Shown: positions 7,715-18,300 of the stretch, one piece after another
Layout: each line of letters opens with the position of its first letter
How positions within the stretch are numbered: the first letter of the stretch is position 1
Sequence record: CM063639.1
Direction: 5' to 3' (one strand)
Length of the DNA stretch: 32,000 bases
The notes under the pieces: model-generated
Told to the model about the DNA's origin: nothing
The model's database searches: none
What the model saw: only the letters and a program-made list of their open reading frames with translations
Made by a program: the position numbers and the translations under genes

Positions 7715-9553
7715 ATGATTAAAAAAAAAACACACATAATTAATTTGTTAAATAAAATTAACACTATTCTTCAAAAAAATACTTTAATTAAACCAAATGA
7801 TCATATTTTAATTTCTATTTCGGGTGGTCAAGATTCGATTTGCGTTTTTTTTATTTTTCTTCACTTAAAACGACAATGGAAATGGTCATTTGGAGTTATT
7901 TATAACAATCACTTATGGCAAAAAAATGCATTTTTTACAAATGATCTTGTAATAGAATTAGCTTATATATTCCAAATTCCTATTTATTGTATCGTTGCTC
8001 CAAATAAAATTTTTAACGAAAATAAATCCCGATATTGGCGTTATAATACGTTTTATCGAATTAGTTTTTTTTATAACTATAAATTAATTAGCACAGGTCA
8101 TACTTCAAGTGATAAAATTGAAAATATTTTATTTCAACTAACCAGAGGAACAAGTGGAAAAAGTTTAACATCATTAAATTTAAACAAATACTTTTTATTT
8201 ACTGGTAATTTTTCAAAAAACATGAAAAACAGATCTAAATATTTGTATCATTTTCGATTTAATAAGTTTAACCATAATTTAGTTTTAAACCAAATTAAAC
8301 CCACTAAATTATTCCATAAAAATTATTTATTTAAAACTTTCCCAAGTAAATTTAATACCTCTAGTTTATCATTCTTGCCACGTATACTTATTCGTCCAGT
8401 ATTAAATTTTCATAGATTTGATTTACAAAAATTAGCAAATTTTTGGAAACTCCCTATTTATCCAGATAAAAGTAATAAAAAAACTGATTATTATCGTAAT
8501 AGAATTAGAAAGCAATTATTACCGACATTAAAATTTTTTTTTAACCCCAAGATTGATTTAATTTTACTTCAATTCTCTGAAATTTTAGCAATAGAGCAAC
8601 TTCATTTAGAAGTTGTAAGTAATCGTTTGAAATATGATTTTTATTTGAAAAAAAAATTTATATTTAAACTAAATATTTCACTATTTTATAATATTCCTTT
8701 AGCGGTTAAACGAAAACTACTGAAAAAATTCTTAGAAAATTTTTCTTTCAAACAAATTTCTTTTTTTCAAATAAATCATTTATTAAATTTCCTTACTAAT
8801 AAAAAAATTTATTCTTTAAATAAATTAAATAAATTGTCGCGAAATTCAAATACTGAATTTCAGTTTTCTTCAAATATAAAATGTTCCAATAATAAAAAAA
8901 ATTCGATAAAAACAAAAAAAACAAATTTTAATAAATCAGTTCAATCTCAATTGTATTGGGTCGACATTTTGAATAAAAAAAAATCTACTATATTAAATGT
9001 ATATTTAATAAATATTTTTAGTTATATATATTTTATAGACGAAAAAATTCTAATATCTAATTATAAAAATTTTTTTAAAAAAAATTTTTTTTTGTTATCG
9101 ATTAATAAATTTTTTATAAAATTTAATTCTTTTATGATTTTCCCTTGCTTTGCAAGGCAAGGGGAAAAAAAAATACATTTTTCTTTGTATAATATTATAT
9201 ATTTTTTAAATCAACAAATACCCCTTGGTTTGAAAAAACGGAATTTTTTCTTAGGCTCGTCCCTGCTAAGAAACAACAAAAATATAATAAAAAAAAAAAT
9301 TGAAAGAAAAAATACTTTTAGTTTTCAAAACTTAACAAAAAAAAAGAATTTTTTAAAAAATAAAGAAAAATATCGTATTTTAAATTTAAATAACAATCAA
9401 ATCACAAAAACTACAATTTTATATTACGAAGGATTGAGTTTTTCTTCATGTAACTGCTATTTTCAAAAATTCAAAATTATTTTTTATCCAGAACTTGGGA
9501 TTTTATTTTATTTTGAAAAAAAAATTTTTATATTTAAAAAATTTCATTTTTAG
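7715..9553 (+). CDS. tilS: tRNA(Ile)-lysidine synthase (ycf62) with a long low-complexity C-terminal extension
   Basis: The PP-loop motif is ISISGGQDS. TilS-like blocks are GHTSSDKIENILFQLTRGTSGKSL and IRPVLNFHRFDL...YYRNRIRKQLLPTL. Recognisable similarity ends near residue 300 (~8615). The remaining ~310 aa are rich in K, N and F. Confidence 0.85.
   Translation: MIKKKTHIINLLNKINTILQKNTLIKPNDHILISISGGQDSICVFFIFLHLKRQWKWSFGVIYNNHLWQKNAFFTNDLVIELAYIFQIPIYCIVAPNKIFNENKSRYWRYNTFYRISFFYNYKLISTGHTSSDKIENILFQLTRGTSGKSLTSLNLNKYFLFTGNFSKNMKNRSKYLYHFRFNKFNHNLVLNQIKPTKLFHKNYLFKTFPSKFNTSSLSFLPRILIRPVLNFHRFDLQKLANFWKLPIYPDKSNKKTDYYRNRIRKQLLPTLKFFFNPKIDLILLQFSEILAIEQLHLEVVSNRLKYDFYLKKKFIFKLNISLFYNIPLAVKRKLLKKFLENFSFKQISFFQINHLLNFLTNKKIYSLNKLNKLSRNSNTEFQFSSNIKCSNNKKNSIKTKKTNFNKSVQSQLYWVDILNKKKSTILNVYLINIFSYIYFIDEKILISNYKNFFKKNFFLLSINKFFIKFNSFMIFPCFARQGEKKIHFSLYNIIYFLNQQIPLGLKKRNFFLGSSLLRNNKNIIKKKIERKNTFSFQNLTKKKNFLKNKEKYRILNLNNNQITKTTILYYEGLSFSSCNCYFQKFKIIFYPELGILFYFEKKIFIFKKFHF
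9142..9164. repeat. SDR-D copy inside the tilS reading frame
   Basis: 'cccttgctttgcaaggcaagggg' is translated in frame as FPCFARQGEK within tilS. Confidence 0.85.
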
Positions 9554-9648
9554 TTGAATATATTTTTAAAATATAAAATTAAAAAAAAGTAGTGTCAATC
9601 ATCAATAGGTTTATTTTTGTTAGAGACAACGAAATTTTTTCTTACTTG

Positions 9649-9670
9649 CCTTTGCCTTGCAAAGCAAGGG
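9649..9670. repeat. SDR-D copy, reverse orientation, followed by SDR-A (9677-9717)
   Basis: 'cctttgccttgcaaagcaaggg'. Confidence 0.8.
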
Positions 9671-9774
9671 AACTTATCAATAAAAAAATAAAATTTTTTT
9701 ATAAGCTAATACTTGTAGAAATTGATTGAAAAGGTATTTATTCTTGAAAAATTAAACTATTTAAAAACTATATT

Positions 9775-9855
9775 TGCCTTGGAGAGGACTTGAACCTCCA
9801 CGCTTATAAGCTGTTGATTTTGAGTCAACCGTGTCTACCATTTCACCACCAAAGC
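9775..9855 (-). tRNA. trnL: tRNA-Leu (CAA)
   Basis: The reverse complement is gctttggtggtgaaatggtagacacggttgactcaaaatcaacagcttataagcgtggaggttcaagtcctctccaaggca, 81 nt. It has a long variable arm and anticodon loop 'ctcaaaa'. It closely resembles plastid trnL-CAA. Confidence 0.95.
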
Positions 9856-10252
9856 TATTTTTATAAAAATTTTGTTTTTTTATAAGTTATTTAACAAACC
9901 TAATATAAACCAAATTTATATGAGGTTTATTAATTTTACTTCGTCACTGGTTAAATCAATTTGCAAAAAGATTGGAAGTAAAATGAAATTTATATTTCTA
10001 CAAATTTGAGTTTTGTTAGATAATACGTTTTTACTTTGCTTATATTTCAATTTCCTTGAAATATAAGCAAAGTAAAAAAAACCTGACATATAATTTATTT
10101 GTATGTTTTTACAAAAATTTATACTTGTACTAGCAAAGTACAAATTTCTTATAAAAGTACATAAAAATAAAATTTTTATGTATGATTAACTTATATTTCA
10201 ACAAAATTGAAATATTAGTCAATAAATAAGTATGTATTTTAATACTTTATTT

Positions 10253-10381
10253 CTAAAGTGAAGAACCTAAGCCGACATATGATCCATAAAAAAAAATACT
10301 AACTAGCCCTATTCCCGCAGTACCAATAACCGTACCCACAAGCCATAAAGGGATACGTCCAGTAGTTCCAGTGTTAGACAT
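10253..10381 (-). CDS. psbJ: Photosystem II protein J
   Basis: Hand translation of the minus strand gives [42 protein letters not shown], 42 aa, the canonical PsbJ pattern. Confidence 0.93.
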   Translation of the reverse strand: MSNTGTTGRIPLWLVGTVIGTAGIGLVSIFFYGSYVGLGSSL

Positions 10382-11148
10382 TGATGTTTTTTCCTAAAAT
10401 ATTAAACGTTGAATAATTTTTTAGTATAAAATTTAATAAATTAGCAAGTATTTCTAATTTATTAAATTTTATACTAAAAAATTTTTATAAATATACTGGT
10501 TTAAACTTTTTACATTTAAACATAATTTTGTGAGTTTAGCTCACATTTGAGATAGATTTAAAAAACCATACATTAACTTTCTATTGTTTTAATCATTAAA
10601 AAAAGTAAAATTAAATATATGATTTTATTAAATTTATTTTTAATATAAAAATTTGTATTATCTTTATAATTACAAAGAAATATCAAATTTCGAATAAACT
10701 ATGTTAATTTTTTATTAAAATTAAAAATAAAGAAAAATAAAATTTAATATATACCATATACTACTTTAAAAAAATATTTAGCTTAAAACATGAAGAAAGC
10801 TTCCAATTTTTCTATAAATTTGACTTCAATAAAATAATTTTATTGAAGTAATTAAAATCTAGAAAGATTAAACTCAATAAAAACGAGAAGTTGAATTTAT
10901 TTGAAATAAATTAACTTGTCAATTATTTTGTCTACGTAATAACCTATAAAAAAACTTTGTTTTTTTATTGACAAGCCTGGAGTAAGATAAAACTTCGTTT
11001 TCTCCAACAAAAGCAAACTTATTAATAATTGACGTATATTTCAACAAAATGGAAACATTACTCATTGAAATAAATTTTTTTTTTAAGTTATTTTTTTTTA
11101 CATATATATTGTATATATTGAAATGTGTTATTTTTACAGTAATTTTAA

Positions 11149-11265
11149 TTAATTAAAGATATAACTTGAAAATAACACAGCTAAAACAAAAATTAATAAT
11201 AGTCCCCAATACAGACTAGTACGATTTAATTCTACAGATTGTTTATTAGGATTGGGTTTAGCCAT
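11149..11265 (-). CDS. psbL: Photosystem II protein L
   Basis: Hand translation gives [38 protein letters not shown], 38 aa, a canonical PsbL. Confidence 0.95.
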
Positions 11266-11435
11266 AATTACTCCGTTTAAAATAGTATGCGAAACAAATG
11301 CAAATATTTTTAAGAAATTTTTATTTACATTACAAAATTTAAAACAATAAAAATTTAAAAAAAGCGAAACTTTCTTAATTTTAAGTCTTACTTAAAATTA
11401 AGATTACCAAAGTCAACGCATCCTTTAAAAATTAT

Positions 11436-11570
<135 letters not shown>

Positions 11571-11743
11571 TTATAGATTGATTGACAATTGATTTAAATT
11601 AATTTTTTGAAGTAATTATTTAATTAAAATAAATAAAATTTATTAATAAAATTTTATTAAATTTTAAAAAATTTATTTATATACTAAACATATAGTATTT
11701 TATTAAAAAATAATTTTTTATTATAAAATATAATGTAGACTTA

Positions 11744-11989
11744 TTATTCAGCTAATTGTCTTACTTGATCTAATGCATTAAAACGGTCAGTAATAAGTGG
11801 TGCTTCTTGACGATCTTCGGTAAAGTATTCATTAGGTCGAGGACTTCCAAATACGTCATAAGCAAGACCTGTACTCACGAAAAGCCATCCTGCAATAAAC
11901 AAAGAAGGAATAGTAATACTGTGAATTACCCAATAACGAATACTAGTTAAAATATCGGAAAAAGGACGTTCTCCTGTAGCTCCAGACAT
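11744..11989 (-). CDS. psbE: Cytochrome b559 alpha subunit
   Basis: The 81-aa ORF reads [61 protein letters not shown], a canonical PsbE. Confidence 0.97.
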   Translation of the reverse strand: MSGATGERPFSDILTSIRYWVIHSITIPSLFIAGWLFVSTGLAYDVFGSPRPNEYFTEDRQEAPLITDRFNALDQVRQLAE

Positions 11990-12071
11990 TATATACTCCT
12001 TAAATTTGATATAAAAAAAGCTCGATAAATTAAAAAATTTAATTTAAATTATTTAAATATCGAGCGACAAG

Positions 12072-12116
12072 TTTGTACTTGTACTAGCCTATAAAAAAAC
12101 AAAGTTTTTTATTGAC
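12072..12116. repeat. SDR-F plus SDR-A copy (reverse orientation), followed by SDR-B (12120-12160)
   Basis: 'tttgtacttgtactagcctataaaaaaacaaagttttttattgac'. The adjacent hairpin agacaaaac/gttttgtct lies at 12128-12148. Confidence 0.8.
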
Positions 12117-12721
12117 AAAAAAAAGTAAGACAAAACTTTGTTTTGTCTAACAAAGGCAAATTTGTTTGAAATTTTAAAAATAGTTTCCTATATTTATTTG
12201 TATTGAATAGAAAATAAGATTAAAAAATATTAAATATAATTTATTTTTAAACAAATTTAGTATAGCTTTAGATTTATTTATAATCAAGTTTTACAAATTG
12301 TGTCCAATTAATTTTTTTTAGTTAGTCTAAATTTGAGAAATTAAATAAGTTTTTAGTGGTTTTTTAGCAAATTTTTTAAATTTGATTCAATGTAGTTTAA
12401 AAAACTATATTAGAAAAAACTATATTAAATAATTTTTAAATAGAATTTTTTTTGTGTTAATCTATTTAAATAACATTTAAATTCAACTCAAAAAAAATTA
12501 AATAGCTTATTACTAAAAACTTTCTTACTGTTTTACATTTTTTTTATAAAAAATTTACACAAGTATAAATTTGCCTTTGTTCCACAAAACAAAATTTTTT
12601 TAGAACCTAATTGCAAATTATTTTATTAATATCAGAAAAACTAATCTATTCAAAAAAATTAAAATAATTTTAATTATTTATCTAGTTAAATTGTTTAATT
12701 TGTGATATATTATGTATATAT

Positions 12722-12795
12722 GGTGAGCGTGGCCAAGTGGTTAAGGCACTGGACTGTGACTCCAGTATTCGCGGGTTCAAATCCCGTCGTTCACC
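12722..12795 (+). tRNA. trnH: tRNA-His (GUG) with encoded G-1
   Basis: A 74-nt sequence. The extra 5' G pairs with C73. The acceptor stem is gtgagcg/cgttcac and the anticodon loop is 'ctgtgac' (GUG). Confidence 0.94.
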
Positions 12796-12983
12796 CGTTT
12801 CCGGGCTGGGTTTTTGTTAAAAAAATTTGTACAGATATACATTAGGTGCAAACTTAAATTGTTTTCTTTTGGTTACTATTTTAATTTTGTTGAAATAGAT
12901 AAATATAAATGTATAAATAACGCTAAAATGACAATAACTTCGCCTTAGTTGGAGAAAACAAAGTTTTATCTTACTCCAGGCTT

Positions 12984-13027
12984 GTCAATAAAAAACAAAG
13001 TTTTTTATAGGCTAGTAGTTGTACAAA
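12984..13027. repeat. SDR-A copy, preceded by SDR-B (12945-12983)
   Basis: 'gtcaataaaaaacaaagttttttataggctagtagttgtacaaa'. Confidence 0.8.
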
Positions 13028-13253
13028 TTTTTTTAAAAATAAATTATATTTATTATTTTTATTTGAAAATATTATAAGTTAAAAATTTACAATTTTTAAC
13101 TAAAAAAATATATATAGAGTAATGTAATATTACTTTTAATAATAATGTAAAAAATTTTGTTTGTCTAAAAATAAAAGAATTGAATTTTTTTATTTTTTTT
13201 GTATTATAATGGTTTTATATATACATAAATTAAAATTGTAAACAAATTTTATA

Positions 13254-13326
13254 GCGGATGTAGCTCAGCTGGTAGAGCGTGGTCCTTCCAAGTCCAATGT
13301 CGCGCGTTCGAGTCGCGTCATCCGCT
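13254..13326 (+). tRNA. trnG: tRNA-Gly (UCC)
   Basis: A 73-nt cloverleaf. The acceptor stem is gcggatg/catccgc plus U73. The anticodon loop is 'cttccaa' (UCC). The anticodon stem has a U.U mismatch at 30-40. Confidence 0.87.
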
Positions 13327-14061
13327 TAATTTATTAAATTTTTTATATAAAAATTAAGTATAGAAAAAATGAGATTTCTTTTTATTTGCTTATATTTAAA
13401 CAAAGTTCAAATATTCGTAAAGGCTGTTTTTTTTTATAAAACGAAATTTTGTTTGACTAGAAACTTACTTTACTAGCAAAATATCTATTTTTTTTATGTG
13501 TATTAGAATTTATTTATATTAGTAGAATTTTAAAAATTATTTTGTTTATAATAATTTTAGATGTTTTATCAAAAATATTTTTTATATATTAGCAGATATT
13601 TTGATATTAATTTTATCCAAGTATTATTTTATTATAACTGGTAAGAAAATTAAAATTCTAATTTTTAATTTGTACTTGTACAAATTTGTTTATTAACACA
13701 AAGTATATGTTTATTTAAATAAAACAAAATATGTATTTTGCAAGTAAACTATAACACACAATAAAATTTGTATAAGTCTACACTTGGTGCAAATGTTGTC
13801 AATAACTTGATTGATAATTAATTTTATCCAAAATTAAACTAAAAATAGTATGTTGATAATTCCAAGATTTATTAAATCTGATGAATTTTGTTTTAAAAGT
13901 AATTAAAAATAAAGTATTATAAAGCTAATAAAGTTACTAAATTATTATTTATTAGTTTAATTTATTAAACTAAACAAAGCTACGTACGAAATAGGTTTCG
14001 TACTAAAATTTTGTAATGTTAAAAATGTAATAACAATACACAGTATATTCAATTTTATCTT

Positions 14062-14250
14062 ATGACACTTATTTTTCAATTGACTCTTTTTGCATTTATC
14101 GCTTTGTCTTTTCTATTAGTAATTGGTGTTCCAGTAGTATTTGCTTCACCAGATGGATGGACACAAAATAAAGGTAGTGTTTTTTCTGGTGTTGGATTGT
14201 GGTTTTTTTTAGTTTTTGCTGTAGGAATTTTAAATTCTTTTGTTGTATAA
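14062..14250 (+). CDS. psbZ: Photosystem II protein Z (ycf9)
   Basis: The 62-aa ORF reads [62 protein letters not shown], a canonical PsbZ. Confidence 0.95.
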   Translation: MTLIFQLTLFAFIALSFLLVIGVPVVFASPDGWTQNKGSVFSGVGLWFFLVFAVGILNSFVV

Positions 14251-14269
14251 AAATTATTTTAAAAAGATT

Positions 14270-14308
14270 AGCAAACCTAATACAAACTTTGTTTGTATTA
14301 GATTTGCT
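14270..14308 (+). terminator. 18-bp stem-loop 20 nt downstream of psbZ, a candidate 3' hairpin
   Basis: 'agcaaacctaatacaaac' / loop ttt / 'gtttgtattagatttgct' with one mismatch. Function is inferred. Confidence 0.35.
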
Positions 14309-14396
14309 TACTAGCCTACAAAAAAACTTGAATTTTTATCTTGCAACAAGTTTGCCTTTGTTCCACAAAACTTTGTTTTACCTTACTTCAGGTTTG

Positions 14397-14664
14397 TCAA
14401 TAAAAAAAACTTTGTTTTTTTATAGGCTGCTTTGCTTTGTTATAAAAACATTTTCGAAAAAAATCTGACATACAACTAGCAAAGCAAACCTTTGCTAGCA
14501 AACGCAAAGTTGTATGTTGACTTGTCAGTAAATAAAGCAAAGCTTTATTTACAGGTTATAAAAACGTTTTCGAAGAAAACCTGACATACAACAAAGTTGT
14601 ATGTTTGGAAGTTTTTATTAGCAAAAAGGAAGTTTTTATTAGCAAACGGTAGTTGTACAAATTT
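14397..14664. repeat. Composite SDR block, direct copy of 775-1041
   Basis: See 775-1041. The same module order is kept, including the nested insertion at 14477-14505. Confidence 0.9.
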
Positions 14665-14846
14665 GTCAAAAAAAACTCAAAATAACCACAAAAATTTTAT
14701 TGAACTAGAGTCTATTTTAATTATAAAAATGATAAATAATGTAGAATACTAAAATATTTGTTTAAATAGAAACTTGTCAGGCGTTTGCAAAAAATAGTAA
14801 AAATTGATATTATAAAACAAATACAAAATAATTATATTGATTTATA

Positions 14847-14918
<72 letters not shown>

Positions 14919-15225
14919 ATAAGTATAATTTTTAATAAAAAAAGTAATTTTTATTAGTAATATAATTTCAATTAGTTAGTTTGAGTTTTATTGTATAAAA
15001 GAATTAAATTTATTATTGAAATAAATAATCAAAATAATAAAGTTTGTTTAATTATTCTATAAGTAAAGTTATTACTATTACTAAATAGTAAATTGTTTTG
15101 CGATTGTTACATATTAAATAATATAACTAAATAATATAACTAAATAATAAATTGACATACAAAAAATTTTTTTTATATATTATTGACTTAAGTTTCAACT
15201 TTATTTACATATTAGTCAACGATTG

Positions 15226-15280
15226 AATTAAAAAATAGAACAATGTATTTTACCCAAATACATTATTCTATTTTTTAATT
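15226..15280. repeat. Long AT-rich hairpin (25-bp arms, 1 mismatch), related to 7517-7577
   Basis: The arms are 'aattaaaaaatagaacaatgtattt' (15226-15250) and 'aaatacattattctattttttaatt' (15256-15280). It lies ~110 nt downstream of the ftsH stop. Confidence 0.7.
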
Positions 15281-15389
15281 TCTTCAATAAACAATTACTT
15301 TATTTTAAAGTGATTAAAGATTCAAATTCATTGAGACTGTAAATAATACATAAAAATTTTCTTCTCATGTATTAAAATGACAAAAAAAA

Positions 15390-18300
15390 TTATAAATTCT
15401 CAAAATTTATGAATCGACAATATTTTTTTCCTGACGAATTTTTCCAATTTTGTTCTACAATCACTTCATTCAATGAGAATTTAGAAATGCTATTTTGTTG
15501 TTTTTTAATATTTTTTCCATTTTTTTTGAAATTATTGAAAATTGTAGTAACCTCGTTTTCTCGAATAATTTCTTTTTGAATTAAATAACTAGCAAAAAAA
15601 TCTAATACTTCTCTATTTTGGTCTAAAATAGACATAGATTTGTTAAAACAAGTTAAAATAAGACTATGATATAAACCAGAACGATTTGCTGCAAATGCAT
15701 CCATTAATGTTAATGATGATTTAAAAAATGTTTTTTCTAGATATTGTTTTGTAGATGAATTTGGAAATTTAGTTTGTATTGGTTTTAATTTATTATTCAA
15801 CATATTTTTTAAATATGTATTGCCATGATAATACTCATCTGGTGGAAGACAACGTGTATTTTCATTTTCTTCATGGTCCCCTTCATAAATTTTATACCAA
15901 TTACTATTATTTGAGTATGAATATTCAAGTTTTCGCACAATTTGTTTTTGTAACCAAAAATTTGTAATCCAATTTTGAGAATTTCCGGAAGATAAAATAG
16001 TATTTCGGTTATTTTCATTTTGAATTTCATATGATAATTGTTTAAAAACTTCTAATATTTCAGAATCTAAAATATTTTCTATGTTGGAATTGTTTTGAAA
16101 TTGATTGAATTTTTCAATTGATATTTGTTTGGTATATAAATACCAGTTGGTAATCATCAATTGTGCTAACCATCCAGCAAAACTCATATCTTGAACACCA
16201 AGATCGGAGTGCCATGAATATAAAAATTTAGTTTTATTCATTTTATCTGAGTTAGTATTTTTAATATGAGATTTTAATTTTTTGACACTAGAGCTTGGTT
16301 TTAAAGAGTAATATGTAGAATTATAATTTAATGAAGTTGATTTAGTAATTGATAAAAATGGGTGATTACTTATTTTAGATGGGTAATTAAATAAAGCTAC
16401 CAATTCTGCTGCTTTGCCAGCATAAAATCCAATAATTCGGGATTCTAACTCAACCCGTGTTTTAATTTGCAAAAATTCTTTTTCAATAACTCCATTAATT
16501 AAGTGGTAACGTGTATTTCTTACTTCAGGCCATAGAGAAACAGAAACAACTTGTGGATGTTTTTCAAGTAAAGTATGAACGACTGCTTTACCAGCTTGGT
16601 AATAAGCTAATCGACTAATAAAAATAGATTGTGAATTTCTTGTTAATTTATTTTTTTTTAATTGAATAAAAGATTTTAATTGATTTTTTTGAGTACTGTA
16701 CCCGGTAATACACTCAATCCCATATTCAATAGTTTCTACAGTGTGAATGGTTTCAGTTTGAATAGCTTTCATTGAAGATTGATTCATAGCAGAAGCTAAA
16801 TCAGCTGCACTTAAACCAGATGTAAGGTTAGCTAAATAATTCCAAGAAATATGTGTATCGACTCCAAGATTTTTACTATAAAGTTTTAAAATTTCAATTC
16901 TTTTTTGTTTGTTGGGTAAATTTAAATGAAATACTTTATTAAAGCGCCCTGGACGTGTTAATGCTGAATCAAGAATTTCTGGTCTATTTGTAGCGCCAAA
17001 AACCAAAATTTTTTTTTCTGTTGCAATACCATCAAGTTCAATTAAAAATTGCATCAAAATGTTTGCTTTTTTGTGTGTATAATTGTGTTTGTTAAAACTT
17101 TTTTTATTACCGTTTTTATTTCCTTTATTAACTAAAAAATTTTCAGAATTAACCCCACTATCAGTTTGAAAATCTGATTGTTGGTTTGATTCTATGAGTT
17201 GAGTTCCAGCTGAAAATTTTGATTGTGGTAAAAAATCAAAATTTTGTACTTGAAATGTATTTTCAAATAATTTTGTATCGTATAAAGAAATAGAATCAAA
17301 AATTTCTGCATTTACACTAGAATTTTCAAGCATTTGATTTCGTTTTCCACCAAAACTATCAATTTCATCTATAAAAATAATACAAGGTGCTATTTCCCGA
17401 GCTTTACGAAATATATTTTTTAATCGTTCTGGTCCATTTTCTGAATTTCCAGCTTGATTGAATGAGCTCCCTGATTCTATTAATACTGGAACTCCGGCTT
17501 CACCAGCAATTGCTTGAACTAATAAAGTTTTTCCAGTTCCAGGTAAACCAGTAAGAAGAATTCTGCGTGGGATAGTGTTTCCTATTTTAAAAGATTTACC
17601 AGAATTTCGTAAAAACCAAACAATTTCGCTTAATTCTGGTAAAAGAGCATCAACACCGGCAATATTATGAAAATTTTTTTCTATATTTTGAATTAGCCTA
17701 AACTTCTCGTCAACCTCACTTCCTATAGTATCCTCATTTATATTGTTATCAATTCCATTTGAGTTTTCAGTTTTTCCTTCTAATAAGTTTGAAATACCGT
17801 CTTTCAGTTCTTTTCCATATTTTACAAACATATTTTGTAAAAAATGTAATAAAAATAACCCAATTGAAAATTGAGCAAAAAATAACCAAGAGTCACTACT
17901 TATAGGTTCAACATTTTCATAAAATAATGGATTAAATTTGTTTTTATGTTTAATTTCAGTATTATAAATACTCAAATTTTTTTTGTACGTTTTTCCAAAA
18001 AAATACTTTTTAGGCAAAATTTCTTTTAATAAGCTTTCGGAGTAGGGGAAATAATGATATGATACTGGAATATTAGAAAAATCAATAGTAGGTTTGTAAA
18101 AAAAATTTGATATATAGTTTTCTTTTTCTGTTTTTGATATATAGTTTTCTTTTCCTGTTTGAGTATTTTTATTGTGTAAATTCAAATAAGAATTGGAAAT
18201 AGTATTAAAACGAATATTTGAAACTCTATTTGTTGTGTTTTTTCTAAAATGAGAGAAGATAGAATTGTTTACATTTTCTGAGTTAAATTGATTTAAACAC

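Noticed and set aside
13254-13326. The two tRNA-Gly genes (13254-13326 and 27225-27296) share identical D-arm stems and an almost identical variable region and T arm, which suggests a recent duplication with an anticodon switch
   Set aside because: Gly isoacceptors commonly share these arms in plastids and bacteria. The acceptor and anticodon stems differ substantially, so there is no case for a recent event.
15779-16030. ORFs 15779-15967 (+) and 15809-16030 (-)
   Set aside because: They are embedded in ftsH, either antisense or in an alternative frame. There is no independent support.
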